Below are positions 43,150-53,692 of a stretch of DNA of 64,000 nucleotides, piece after piece. The notes under the pieces are model-generated. The model saw only the letters and a program-made list of their open reading frames with translations. It was not told the DNA's origin and searched no databases. The position numbers and the translations under genes are program-made. The stretch is from an uncultured candidate division Zixibacteria bacterium. Its GTDB lineage: Bacteria > Zixibacteria > MSB-5A5 > RBG-16-43-9. Location: the NCBI GenBank assembly GCA_963713865.1, contig OY970208.1, positions 1,600,001 to 1,664,000 on the forward strand. The letters run 5' to 3'. The stretch's first letter is position 1, and the number at the start of each line of letters is the position of its first letter.

Positions 43150-45042
43150 ATGTTTGTAATCGGAACCGCAGGTCATGTTGATCATGGTAAATCCTCTTTG
43201 ATTCTGGCATTAACCGGAATCGATCCGGATAGACTACCAGAGGAGAAATTAAGAGGGATGACTATCGATTTAGGGTTTGCCTGGCTACCCTTGCCGGATG
43301 GAACTGAAGTGGGGATAGTTGACGTGCCCGGACATGAAAGATTTGTCAAGAATATGATTGCAGGAGTTGGTGGAATTGATGCCGCACTCTTGATCATAGC
43401 AGCGGATGATGGCTGGATGCCACAGACTCAAGAGCATTTAGAGATTTTAGGACTCTTAGGAGTCAAAGCAGGGATTGTAGTTATTAACAAAATCGACTTA
43501 GTTAAAGAAGACTGGCTTAATTTAATTGAGGAGGACATTAAACAGAAACTTAAAGGGACATCCTTAGAAAATGCTGTTATAGTCAAAACTTCATCCACTC
43601 AAAAAACCGGAATTGACGAACTGAATAAGCAGATCCAGAAACTTGTAAGCAAACTCAAAGTTAGGAAAGATATAAATAAACCCAGACTTTATATCGACAG
43701 GGTTTTCACTATGACCGGAATGGGAACAGTTGTTACCGGAACTCTGATCGATGGCTCTTTCCAAGTTGGACAGGAGGTGGAAATTGCTCCTCAGGGGATA
43801 AAGACCAGGATAAAAAACCTTCAGAAGTACAAAAAACAGGTAGAGATTGCAGGTCCAGGAACAAGGATAGCTTTGAATCTTATCGGGGTAGAAAAAGAAA
43901 AGATTAAAAGAGGAGATGTGATAATAAATCCAGGAACAGCCATTCTGACCTCATTCTTAGATGTAAAAGTAAATATGATTCCGGATGCTCCCTATAATTT
44001 GAAACATGGCTCTGGTCTTCTTTTCATGCTGGGTACAAAAGAGATTATGGGCAGAGTAATTCTTTTAGATGCAGGGGTGCAAAAATTTGAACCCCTGCTT
44101 AAACCTGGTCAGACTGGTTTTGCCAGGATTAAACTAAAAGAGCCAGTCCTGGGAAGAATAGGAGATCATTTTATCTTAAGATTACCCACACCAGCAAAAA
44201 CCCTTGGGGGTGGTGTAGTACTGGATGTATTCCCTTCAAAGCTTAAAAGGAAAGATAAAGAACTAATAACTTTTTTAGCCCGAAGGGAGAATTTAGATAT
44301 AGTAGAGTTAATTCTATCCGAGCTTAAAAAAGTAGATTTTCTGCCCAGAAGGGAGATTCTCAGTGCCTCCATCTTTAGCTCAGAGGAGATCGAGTCAACC
44401 TTGATATCTCTGGAAAACAAAAAGGAGATAGTAGCTAAAAAGAATCTGGTAACAACTAAAGGAAAGTGGGAAAAACTTTTATCTCAGATTTTAGAAAGAG
44501 TGAATAAAGAGCATATAGATAAACCTTTTACTTACGGGTTACGCATTTCAGACCTTGTATCAAAGATCGACTTCAAAGAGAGGCTAATCGCAGAAGGAGT
44601 AGAACATCTTCTGTCAACTGGCAATTTAATTCAGAAAGATAACTTTTTAGCTATGCCAGATTACCAGCCTAAACTGAGCGATAAACAATCAGCTTTAGCA
44701 CAAAACATTATAAAGAGATTTGAAGAGGACCGGTTTTCAACTCCTACCAGAGGTGAGCTGTTAGAGGAGAATCCAGATTATCAGAAGATCCTTCTTTTCC
44801 TGCTTCAACAAGGAAAACTTATAGAATTAAAAGAGGGGATACTTTATATAACAGAAGATTTCGAAATGATTACTAAAAGGATAAAAGACTTCATTAACAG
44901 AAATGGACCATCTACGGTTAGTCAGATAAGAGAATATCTGAATATAAGCCGCAAATATGCAGTTCCGATTTTAGAAAAATTAGATGAATCAGGAATTACA
45001 CTGAGGGAAGAGGATAAGAGGGTTCTGTTTAAAAAGAAGTAG
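43150..45042 (+). CDS. selB: Selenocysteine-specific elongation factor
   Basis: GHVDHGKS, RGMTIDLGFA and DVPGHE motifs; C-terminal winged helix with SRKYAVP. Confidence 0.95.
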   Translation: MFVIGTAGHVDHGKSSLILALTGIDPDRLPEEKLRGMTIDLGFAWLPLPDGTEVGIVDVPGHERFVKNMIAGVGGIDAALLIIAADDGWMPQTQEHLEILGLLGVKAGIVVINKIDLVKEDWLNLIEEDIKQKLKGTSLENAVIVKTSSTQKTGIDELNKQIQKLVSKLKVRKDINKPRLYIDRVFTMTGMGTVVTGTLIDGSFQVGQEVEIAPQGIKTRIKNLQKYKKQVEIAGPGTRIALNLIGVEKEKIKRGDVIINPGTAILTSFLDVKVNMIPDAPYNLKHGSGLLFMLGTKEIMGRVILLDAGVQKFEPLLKPGQTGFARIKLKEPVLGRIGDHFILRLPTPAKTLGGGVVLDVFPSKLKRKDKELITFLARRENLDIVELILSELKKVDFLPRREILSASIFSSEEIESTLISLENKKEIVAKKNLVTTKGKWEKLLSQILERVNKEHIDKPFTYGLRISDLVSKIDFKERLIAEGVEHLLSTGNLIQKDNFLAMPDYQPKLSDKQSALAQNIIKRFEEDRFSTPTRGELLEENPDYQKILLFLLQQGKLIELKEGILYITEDFEMITKRIKDFINRNGPSTVSQIREYLNISRKYAVPILEKLDESGITLREEDKRVLFKKK

Positions 45043-45152
45043 AGACGCATTGCTATGCGTTTCATTTTTTATAAATTAAGTTATGAGAGTAATAGATTAA
45101 CCTCACCCAGAACCCTCTCCTTAAAAAGGAGAGGGGAAAGTAGCGTCGAGTT

Positions 45153-45905
45153 TTACACCCGACGTTTATTTTTAATTTGCTCCCAGCATACCCGAATGCA
45201 GATTCCGCAAACTTCATTTTCCAGCCCCACGTTTTTCAATCGTATAAGACAATTCTGTCGGTAATCATCATGCTTACCAGGTTTACTGACCTGGCAAGCT
45301 AACTCTTTAAGGAAAGGACAAATCTTCAAACAAGCTTGGCAATCTCTGCAACCTTCAATATTTCTCTTTACAGATTTTATCTTATAAGGGATAAAAATAG
45401 TTGATAGTCTTAAAGCCGGTCCCTGTTCAGGGGTAATTATCAACCCGGATTTACCTCTCCAGCCTAATCCGGATGATTCTGCAAATACCCGATGGGAAAC
45501 ACATAGATCAAAATATTCCTCCACATAATTTATCATGCTGGTATAGCCCTCCAAGGTAGCCTGTTCTGAGATTCCGCCAAATTTCTCTGCGATGCTTCTG
45601 GTTAGGCTGTTAAGGATTCGGTTCAATTCACCGCAAGCCCGGGCATAGATGTTCCAGTCAACTTCCTTAGAACCTTTTCCAATCCATCTGTCTGGAATTG
45701 ATAATACTTCATCTGGAGTATAAAAAACTCCAAGGGAGATTGCAGTTATTGGTTTAGTTAAATCGAAAGAAGATAGTTTTCTTTCAAGATAATTTCTCTG
45801 AACAGGAAGAAGTTTTGTCTCCTTAAAAGAGGAATATCCGATAATTCCCTTTCTCTTATGAATGTCACAGAGCTTTTGAAATTCTTTTTCAATTTTTTCT
45901 TTCAT
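45153..45905 (-). CDS. QueG-like (epoxyqueuosine reductase family) Fe-S protein
   Basis: SHR..A..SGLGWRGKSGL..TPEQGP.LRL, CxxCxxCxxxCP and CGICIRVC motifs. Confidence 0.65.
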   Translation of the reverse strand: MKEKIEKEFQKLCDIHKRKGIIGYSSFKETKLLPVQRNYLERKLSSFDLTKPITAISLGVFYTPDEVLSIPDRWIGKGSKEVDWNIYARACGELNRILNSLTRSIAEKFGGISEQATLEGYTSMINYVEEYFDLCVSHRVFAESSGLGWRGKSGLIITPEQGPALRLSTIFIPYKIKSVKRNIEGCRDCQACLKICPFLKELACQVSKPGKHDDYRQNCLIRLKNVGLENEVCGICIRVCWEQIKNKRRV

Positions 45906-46107
45906 AACGAATCAGGTGGTTGTACTGTAGCGTCCAAATGGATGAAAAAACGTCCGGGATAAACCCGGGCGCTACATTTTAAAGCTCGCCTAAATCGAAT
46001 TGAGGCAGTGGACCCAACGACCACACGAATCTATCTCTTTTATCGTCTCGCGTCTCACTTCTCACTTTTTTCATCTTTCATCTTCATTTTTCTTTATCCG
46101 TCATTCG

Positions 46108-47991
46108 TCATTTTACTAAAATCATCCTCTTCGTCTCTGAATAATCTCCTGCTTCTAATCGGTAGAAATATATACCTGAGCTAACTTTTTCACCTTTATC
46201 ATCTCTTCCATCCCAGACCACCTGATAATTTCCAGGCATTTTTTTCTCATCCATTAGAGTCCTCACTAAGTCCCCAAGTATATTATAAATCTTGAAGGTG
46301 GTATGGATGGGACTATGAACTATGAACTGCGAACCATATACTTGAAAAAGTATGGTGGTAGAAGGGTTAAAGGGATTTGGATAGTTCTGAGATAAAGTAA
46401 AAGAGTGGGGCGCTGCAACTGGTTGCTCTTCAACCTCAGTCAGAGTGCTGTCATAGATTCCCTGATAGGTATAGTTGAAAGAGCCGGAGGTTTTGGTAAC
46501 CACTGCCGGGATCATAACTATCCGGTAATAATCATTCCAGTTACTGATTTTTAGATTACCCCTCTGTTGACTATCTAAGGTAAATTCGGTAAAATATTTG
46601 GGATTAGTGGTAGAATATCCTATCGCCGAATTTTTCCACAAAGCCAAGTCTGAGCCGTCGAAATTTATGGACAGGCCACCAGAATTGCCATTCGGAACGA
46701 ACAGGACATAATTTGTTCCTAAGACCTCAGGCGGATGAAGCACCGCACTAACATCTACCGGGTAAAGATAATGGATCTGGCTCGGATCCACCTTTATCAC
46801 CGGATAAAGGTTCCCTTCGGAATAGTAATTGGCGGTATCTGCCCGATAATTGGTGAAATAGTTCCACACGGAAAACTCCCTGAACCCCTGATCAAAAGAG
46901 CTTCCCTTGGTTAAGAGGATATCGTCTGTGGCTGAAAGGACATTGTCACCTTGAACGTCAGCACATAGTATCCAGATATTCTTTATTACATCCGCTCCAA
47001 ATTTTTCGGATAAATAAAAAGCCCAAACGCAAGAAGCGTAAGCATGAAAATATCGGGCTGTATCAGCTGGAGTATTGTTAATAAGTGTGTCAGAAAAGGT
47101 TTTCAGCGAGAACCAGGGGTAATTATAAAAAAAACGCAGATAACTTATATAATCATTAATGTTATCATATACCACATCCTCCATCCAGGTTGCAGTAAGC
47201 TCCATCCAGTAAGGTCTGATAGGGGTTACCGGATCTGAAGGGACATATTCGTATTCATTTACATCATAAGCGAATTGAATTGCATGAAAAAACTCGTGTG
47301 CGGCGGTTACTCTGAGATAGTCATTATAATCCGGACGGAACCCGGCATAAAGGCTATAGTCACTCCTTAATACTATGTAACTGGTAGCGCCAATATAATC
47401 CGGTGGGAAATAATGTTCCGGCTGAGTATACCCTAAATAAAGAGTATCCAGCCATTCCAAATAAATGTCATACTTGGGATTCCCCCCATTATCCGTATAC
47501 CAGCCATCATTGGGTGGAGAAAGATAACCTAAGGTATCAACTTCTTTTCTCCACATAGAGTCCATAACCGCACCAACGAAATTGACATAATCCGGATAAC
47601 CATCTACTGGTGAAGTATCCACACTTGATTTATAAACTGAATCCACTGTAGAGGTAACGTAATGTATCCTGAAATGCCCGCCCGGAGTATCATAGATTTT
47701 TTTTGTAGTGGAATATGTTGGTCGATCAGGCATAAGCGCTGAAAGCTCTTTTTGAGCTTCGGGGCTTAATTCGTTTCTATGCGCAGGGAGCCAGACAAAA
47801 GCCGGGGTAGCGCAGACTGGATGAAAATCTGCTGGATAGCCTTTTGGAGCTGAAGTTGTTGGAGTTAAAACTTCTTTAATTTTCTGAATAAGCTTCTCTT
47901 CAGCCGGAAGCTTTGCGTTAACATCAACTAAAAATGAATTCAATCCTAAAAGAGAGATAAGAAAAACAAAAATTATCTTCCTCATAACCAC
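46108..47991 (-). CDS. Secreted zinc metalloprotease (MXAN_6640-like) with T9SS CTD
   Basis: HFRIHY, AHEFFHAIQ and WMELTATWMED motifs; QNYPNPFNP CTD. Confidence 0.8.
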   Translation of the reverse strand: MVMRKIIFVFLISLLGLNSFLVDVNAKLPAEEKLIQKIKEVLTPTTSAPKGYPADFHPVCATPAFVWLPAHRNELSPEAQKELSALMPDRPTYSTTKKIYDTPGGHFRIHYVTSTVDSVYKSSVDTSPVDGYPDYVNFVGAVMDSMWRKEVDTLGYLSPPNDGWYTDNGGNPKYDIYLEWLDTLYLGYTQPEHYFPPDYIGATSYIVLRSDYSLYAGFRPDYNDYLRVTAAHEFFHAIQFAYDVNEYEYVPSDPVTPIRPYWMELTATWMEDVVYDNINDYISYLRFFYNYPWFSLKTFSDTLINNTPADTARYFHAYASCVWAFYLSEKFGADVIKNIWILCADVQGDNVLSATDDILLTKGSSFDQGFREFSVWNYFTNYRADTANYYSEGNLYPVIKVDPSQIHYLYPVDVSAVLHPPEVLGTNYVLFVPNGNSGGLSINFDGSDLALWKNSAIGYSTTNPKYFTEFTLDSQQRGNLKISNWNDYYRIVMIPAVVTKTSGSFNYTYQGIYDSTLTEVEEQPVAAPHSFTLSQNYPNPFNPSTTILFQVYGSQFIVHSPIHTTFKIYNILGDLVRTLMDEKKMPGNYQVVWDGRDDKGEKVSSGIYFYRLEAGDYSETKRMILVK

Positions 47992-48349
47992 TCCTTTTTT
48001 AAAGGTATTTTAGAATTGCTTAACAAAGGTTCAACCTGATCTAACTGTTTTCAGCTATTTGGTCTCCTTTATTTTTGTTTTTCGTAGGGGAGGGGCTTGT
48101 CCCCTCCCGTTTTTCTATCGGGAGCCCACAACGGACTCCCCTACTAATTCAACTCCGTCGGGTCAGGGGACCCGACGACCACATAAAGAATTAACCTTTC
48201 AGAATAGTTATAGGAAATCTGTGTCCTAAGTTATGTAAGCGACCCTGTCCTACGGATCCGAAAATAGGAAAAGAGTCACGCTACGAAAACTGTGGCAGGG
48301 CAATTGTCCTGCCACAGCTCCTTCTTACTTCTTACGTCTCACTAAAGAT

Positions 48350-49120
48350 TTACTCCTTTTTATCCGACCCCTCTTGTAACTTCTTTATAAAGGGAGTGAA
48401 AAGGTCAATTGGCACCGGAAAGATGATAGTGGAGTTTTTCTCGACTGCAACCTCAGTCAAAGTCTGCAGAAATCTCAACTGTATGCCAGCCGGAGTTTTG
48501 CCGATTATACCGGCTGCCAGGGCTAATTTCTCCGCGGCCTGGTATTCACCTTCAGCATGAATAATCTTAGCCCTTCTCTCCCTTTCCGCCTCTGCCTGTC
48601 TGGCAATTGCCCTCTGCATCTCCTGAGGCAGGTCAACATTCTTTACCTCTACCACTGAAACTTTAATCCCCCAGGGCTCGGTCTGGTCATCGATTATCTT
48701 CTGCAGTTGTTGATTAATCTTCTCCCGGCCAGATAAGAGGTCATCTAATTCCACCTGCCCTAAGACGCTTCTCAAAGTAGTCTGGGAGATCATCGAGGTT
48801 GCATAAAGGTAATCCTCTACTTGCACAATGGCTTTGCTGGCATCTATCACCCGAAAGTAGATTACTGCATTAACCTTAACGGTAACGTTATCCCGGGTGA
48901 TAACGTCCTGAGGTGGCACATCCATTGTCACTACCCTCAAGCTGACCTTAACCATCCGGTCAACTATGGGGATCAGTAAGATCAAACCTGGACCTTTGGT
49001 ACCGAGCAATCTCCCTAATCTGAAGATTATCCCTCTTTCGTACTCCCTTAAGATCCTGATCGCATTGGCTAAGATAAAAAGAGCGATGATGATTAGGGTT
49101 AAAATACCTGCACCTGCCAT
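48350..49120 (-). CDS. SPFH/stomatin-like (slipin) protein
   Basis: [19 protein letters not shown] and AEAERERRA motifs. Confidence 0.92.
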   Translation of the reverse strand: MAGAGILTLIIIALFILANAIRILREYERGIIFRLGRLLGTKGPGLILLIPIVDRMVKVSLRVVTMDVPPQDVITRDNVTVKVNAVIYFRVIDASKAIVQVEDYLYATSMISQTTLRSVLGQVELDDLLSGREKINQQLQKIIDDQTEPWGIKVSVVEVKNVDLPQEMQRAIARQAEAERERRAKIIHAEGEYQAAEKLALAAGIIGKTPAGIQLRFLQTLTEVAVEKNSTIIFPVPIDLFTPFIKKLQEGSDKKE

Positions 49121-49160
49121 AACTCCTCCTCTTAAGTTTAGAAGTTTAGAAGTTTAAACT

Positions 49161-50468
49161 TCATATTTTGGTTACTTTCAGCATTAAATTTTCTATCCCG
49201 ATAACTTTCACCTTTTCACCTTTTTCTATCCCACCAGTTTGTGGGTCACACTCAGCCTTCCAGAGTTCACCATGAATGAAAACATAACCTTCGGGCTTAA
49301 TCTCTGTTCTTGTTACACCGATCATCCCGATCATTCCTTTATCTCCGGTGGTGACTTTTTTCATTTGCGCTTTTATCCCTAATCCAACCGCGAAGATAAA
49401 AAACAGAGCAGTCCCCATTACCACGGTGAGAACAACTACTAAAGAGACGCGCATATAAGGTTCAGGTGAATTTATAAGCATCAAAGACCCTAAGATCATA
49501 GAGATTATACCTCCTATAGTTAAAAGCCCGTGGCTAACCACCTTAACTTCGGCGATAAATAAAATCACAGCTAAAATCATTAGAAGTATACCGGCATAGT
49601 TAATCGGCAGGGTCTGAAAGGCAAAAAAGGCTAAGATCAAGCAGATCCCACCCACAACTCCGGGAAGAATTGAGCCTGGATTAGAAAGCTCAAAGAAAAG
49701 TCCCCACATCGCCAGAGTGAAAAGGATATAGGCGATTGTAGGATTGGAGATGGTCTCCAGGATTTTATCCTTCCAGCCGATCTCTACTCTTTTTACCTCT
49801 GCGCCCCTGGTATTTAGAATTTTCTCGCCTGAGGGTAAATTCACTTTTCTTCCATCTACCAGGTTTAATAGTTCCCTTAAATTGTTAGCCACCAAATCAA
49901 TGACACTATCTTTTAGAGCTTCATACTCAGTTACGGAAATACTTTGTCTGACCGCTTTTTCAGCCCATTCCGGATTTCTTCCTCTTTTATTAGCTATGGT
50001 TTTGATATAGGCTACTGCATCATTGGTAACTTTCTCTTTCATAATCGAATCTATCTGACCACCGATACTAACTGGATGGGCTGCGCCTATATTAGTCCCG
50101 GGAGCCATAGCCGCGATGTGAGCGCTTAAGGTGATGAAAACTCCGGCGGAGGCGGCTCTGGAGCCGGAGGGAGCCACGTAGACTATAACCGGTACTTCAG
50201 CATTCAAAATCTTTTTAGTTATCAATCGGGTGGATTCATCTAAACCTCCGGGGGTATTCAATTCCACCACTAATGCTTCTGCGCTATCTTCTACTGCTGA
50301 ATTTATTGCTTCTCCGATGATCCTGGCAGTAATCGGGCCAATGGCTCCATCTATAGTGATTAAATCTACTCTATTATCCGAGTCTGGATCCCTAGGACTG
50401 GCTGAAAAAAGTAAACCGGTAAAGGATAACAAGATTATGAAGATATATACAAAGATTCTTTTTTTCAT
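49161..50468 (-). CDS. nfeD: Long-form NfeD membrane serine protease
   Basis: TPGG, AASAG, TNIGAAHP and GELWKA motifs; paired with slipin. Start is probably MKKR at 50468. Confidence 0.9.
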   Translation of the reverse strand: MKKRIFVYIFIILLSFTGLLFSASPRDPDSDNRVDLITIDGAIGPITARIIGEAINSAVEDSAEALVVELNTPGGLDESTRLITKKILNAEVPVIVYVAPSGSRAASAGVFITLSAHIAAMAPGTNIGAAHPVSIGGQIDSIMKEKVTNDAVAYIKTIANKRGRNPEWAEKAVRQSISVTEYEALKDSVIDLVANNLRELLNLVDGRKVNLPSGEKILNTRGAEVKRVEIGWKDKILETISNPTIAYILFTLAMWGLFFELSNPGSILPGVVGGICLILAFFAFQTLPINYAGILLMILAVILFIAEVKVVSHGLLTIGGIISMILGSLMLINSPEPYMRVSLVVVLTVVMGTALFFIFAVGLGIKAQMKKVTTGDKGMIGMIGVTRTEIKPEGYVFIHGELWKAECDPQTGGIEKGEKVKVIGIENLMLKVTKI

Positions 50469-50649
50469 AAAAGCTCCTCGTAAATTTAATATCCTAATTA
50501 TAATATCTAAATCTTTTGAAAATAGCAATAAAAATTATTATTCCACTCTAGATAGAGAGAAGAAGGGTGTAAAGCAGTGTCGAGATGTCGCTTCTAATAG
50601 TTTTGTTCTGTTACAATAAATACAGGTTTTTGAGCTTACGCTTAAGTGG

Positions 50650-52380
50650 CTATGTCACCTGACTGACCTGTTTTTTAACTCCATGGTATTTATGTAAATA
50701 AACAATGAAAGCTGTTCCCTGACCCAATTTGCTTTTGCACTCTATTCGACCATTCAGGTTGTTGACTATCCTCTGGACAATAGCTAAACCCAAGCCAGTA
50801 CCACTCTTTTTGTTGGAATAAAAGGGAAGAAAAGCTTTTTGCATCTGTTCTCCGGTCATCCCTTTACCCTGGTCGACAATAGTCAGAGGGATATAAAAAT
50901 CTTCGCTTGAATTCTGGTGGTGATAATTAAAGACCATTTCCAGATCAGACTGCCGGGTAGTTATTAAAAGCTCGTTTCCCTTTTCCTCCATAGCTTCCAA
51001 GGCATTGACCAAAAGATTTATAAGGAGTTGTTTGAGCTGGTTTTCTTCGGCTAAGATGTAAATCGGGGAATCATCCAATCTCTTTCGTATGCTTATTCTT
51101 TCTTGATAGGAAGGATGTTTTTTTACGATCTCAATGACTTCATCTACAACTCTTTTTAATTCTACCCTCCCTAGGGAAGTCTCTCCTGATTTAGCGTATT
51201 GAAGAAATTCCTTTAAAATCGTATTTAACCGACTGCTTTCTTTGAGGATTAATTCCAGAAGCTTTTGATTTTCTCCTTCCAGCTTCATTTCGTTTTTCAA
51301 AACCTCTACCGAGCCAGATATAGAGGCCAGAGGGTTTCTGATCTCATGAGCAATACCAGCTGAGAGCTCTCCTACTGCGGCTAACCTATCCTGAAGCCGC
51401 ATTCTCTCCTCGATTTTTTTAGCTTCAGTCAAGTCCTGAAATACGGCGATAACCCCTCTTTTTTTTGTATTTTTATTCTGAAGCATAGAAGTGCTTATTC
51501 CCAAAGGGATTTTTTGTCCAAAACGGTTCTGGACTTCTAGTTCGCTCCGGGAGTCAATCTGTTCTGAACTTAAAGCCTGTTCTAATTTATCACATAGCTC
51601 CGGCATCCTTTTGTGGAAGATCTCATAAAAATTCCTGCCTTTTAGTTCTTTGGCCTGGTATCCTAATATCTCCTCAGCGGTCTTATTGTAATAGATTATC
51701 CTGCCCAGAGTATCTATGGTTATAAGTCCACTGTGCATATGCTGAAGGATATCGTGCGTGTCCATCTTCATGCGGTCCAATTCCAAAGACGCCAGGAAAA
51801 GCTCCTGCCCCTTCGTTTTCAGGCGCTGAGCAAGATATCCACTTAAAAAAGCTATTAAATAAAAAGAGCAAACGTATAGAAATATCTGGTAAAAATCTGA
51901 ATCACTCAGTAAATAGATATTTTTTAACCAGTTAATCGAGAAAAGAATTTTCACCGAAGAGGGATTCCCCATGATAAAAGTGGAAGCAAATCCAAAACTG
52001 GTTAATGTGGCTATTAGTAATACCCCTGCCAGATTGTAAACCAGGCTGGCGGAGACTATAGTCAATAGGAAGAGTATGGCAAAGGGACTTTCCACTTTGG
52101 CACTTGCAGCCATTATACCGGTCTCCACTAATACTTCAAAAATTAACTGAAGAGCGATGATACTTTTAAACAAAATCTCAGACTGAAGTCGTTCTTTGAA
52201 AAGTAAAAGGACGAGGAAAATAAAAGTTATCAGACTATAGCTAAAAAAGGGCAGGAAAAGTGCTTTGGAAACTTTAAAATATAAGATCACCACTAAAAGG
52301 ATGAAGATATAGATAAATAGACGAAAGAAAAGGGGAAGAGAAATCTTAGCCTGTTCCACTATTCTCTTTTTAGGGTTCAT
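50650..52380 (-). CDS. pilS: PilS-like PAS sensor histidine kinase
   Basis: TM region, PAS domain, AHEIRNPL, NLLVNA and GTGLGL motifs; follows pilC. Confidence 0.78.
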   Translation of the reverse strand: MNPKKRIVEQAKISLPLFFRLFIYIFILLVVILYFKVSKALFLPFFSYSLITFIFLVLLLFKERLQSEILFKSIIALQLIFEVLVETGIMAASAKVESPFAILFLLTIVSASLVYNLAGVLLIATLTSFGFASTFIMGNPSSVKILFSINWLKNIYLLSDSDFYQIFLYVCSFYLIAFLSGYLAQRLKTKGQELFLASLELDRMKMDTHDILQHMHSGLITIDTLGRIIYYNKTAEEILGYQAKELKGRNFYEIFHKRMPELCDKLEQALSSEQIDSRSELEVQNRFGQKIPLGISTSMLQNKNTKKRGVIAVFQDLTEAKKIEERMRLQDRLAAVGELSAGIAHEIRNPLASISGSVEVLKNEMKLEGENQKLLELILKESSRLNTILKEFLQYAKSGETSLGRVELKRVVDEVIEIVKKHPSYQERISIRKRLDDSPIYILAEENQLKQLLINLLVNALEAMEEKGNELLITTRQSDLEMVFNYHHQNSSEDFYIPLTIVDQGKGMTGEQMQKAFLPFYSNKKSGTGLGLAIVQRIVNNLNGRIECKSKLGQGTAFIVYLHKYHGVKKQVSQVT

Positions 52381-52463
52381 CTTAAGCTAAAAAAGTTATG
52401 ATTAAAAAACGCCCCGGCATTATCCGGGGCAGAAGGTAATTGATTATCCAACAGATTGTTTTT

Positions 52464-53666
52464 TTAACTAATCTTGCCAATAATGTCAAACATAGGTAGA
52501 TACATAGATATAAGAATGCCACCAACTATTACACCCATAAAGATGATCACAACTGGTTCAATTATGGAGGTAATAGCAGAAACAGCTGCATCCACTTCCT
52601 CCTCGTAGAAATCAGCAATCTTATTGAGCATATCGTCCAAGCCACCGGTTTTTTCACCCACGGAGATCATTTGGGTTACCATAGGCGGAAATACCCCGGT
52701 TTCTTTTAAAGGCTGGGTTATAGTTTCACCTTCTGCGATGGAGATAACTGATTTTTTAATAGCGTTCTGAATCACCTTGTTACCAGCGGTTTTGGCAGTG
52801 ATGTCCAGAGCTTCCAGTATCGAGACACCAGAAGAGATCAGGGTTCCAAGGGTGCGGGTAAATCTGGAGACTGCGCTTTTTCTGAGAAGCTCACCGATTA
52901 AGGGTAACTTCAAAAGGATTTTGTCAATCAGTAAACGGCCATGATCGGTACGGCTATAAAATTTAAAACCAATAGCTAACAAAACTAAAAATATCAGTCC
53001 AGTTATAAAGTTACTTCTCAGGAAATGACTTAATCCCAGGACAAATTTAGTTGGTCCAGGTAGTTCAGCCCCTAATCCGGAAAACAACTTGGCAAAAACG
53101 GGCACGATAAAAGTAAGCATTGCGGCGGTAACTCCAATGGCTACGATAAAAATAACAGAAGGGTAGATCAGAGCGCCTTTTACTTTTCTGACTAAAGCAT
53201 CAGCTTTCTCTCGATAGGCAGCTAACCTTATGAGGATAGTATCTAAGGCTCCTCCGATCTCGCCTGCATCTACCATATTGACATAGAGATCATCAAAGAT
53301 TTTCTTATGTTTGGACAGAGCTTCAGCCAGGGTTGTGCCGGCCTGGACACTTTCCTTAACCTGCCCGATCACTTTTCTTAATTCGGCTGATTCGCTTTGC
53401 TGAGATAAGATCTCCAGGCATTGAACCATAGGAAGTCCTGCCCCGATCATAGTGGCGAATTGTCGCGTGAATCTGGAGATTTGTACTTTTTTTACTCTTT
53501 TCATGCCAAAGCTGAGTTTGATGCTGGATGGTTTTTTTATGACCGAAGATACCAGGATCTTGTTACTACGCAAAAGTTTTTCCAGCTCATTCCGGTCTTT
53601 GGCTTTAAGCTCTCCAGAAACGGTTGTCCCCGCTAAGGTTTTCCCTTTGTATTCATAGATAGGCAA
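52464..53666 (-). CDS. pilC: Type IV pilus platform protein PilC
   Basis: FTRQFATMIGAG, AGEIGG, GEKTG and MYLPMF motifs. Confidence 0.92.
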   Translation of the reverse strand: MPIYEYKGKTLAGTTVSGELKAKDRNELEKLLRSNKILVSSVIKKPSSIKLSFGMKRVKKVQISRFTRQFATMIGAGLPMVQCLEILSQQSESAELRKVIGQVKESVQAGTTLAEALSKHKKIFDDLYVNMVDAGEIGGALDTILIRLAAYREKADALVRKVKGALIYPSVIFIVAIGVTAAMLTFIVPVFAKLFSGLGAELPGPTKFVLGLSHFLRSNFITGLIFLVLLAIGFKFYSRTDHGRLLIDKILLKLPLIGELLRKSAVSRFTRTLGTLISSGVSILEALDITAKTAGNKVIQNAIKKSVISIAEGETITQPLKETGVFPPMVTQMISVGEKTGGLDDMLNKIADFYEEEVDAAVSAITSIIEPVVIIFMGVIVGGILISMYLPMFDIIGKIS

Positions 53667-53692
53667 TTTAATCCTCCTTTATATCAGTAAAG

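Noticed and set aside
46724-46736. ACCTCAGGCGGA match to the mini-hairpin inside the protease gene
   Set aside because: The match is only 12 nt and the hairpin is incomplete, so it is compatible with chance.
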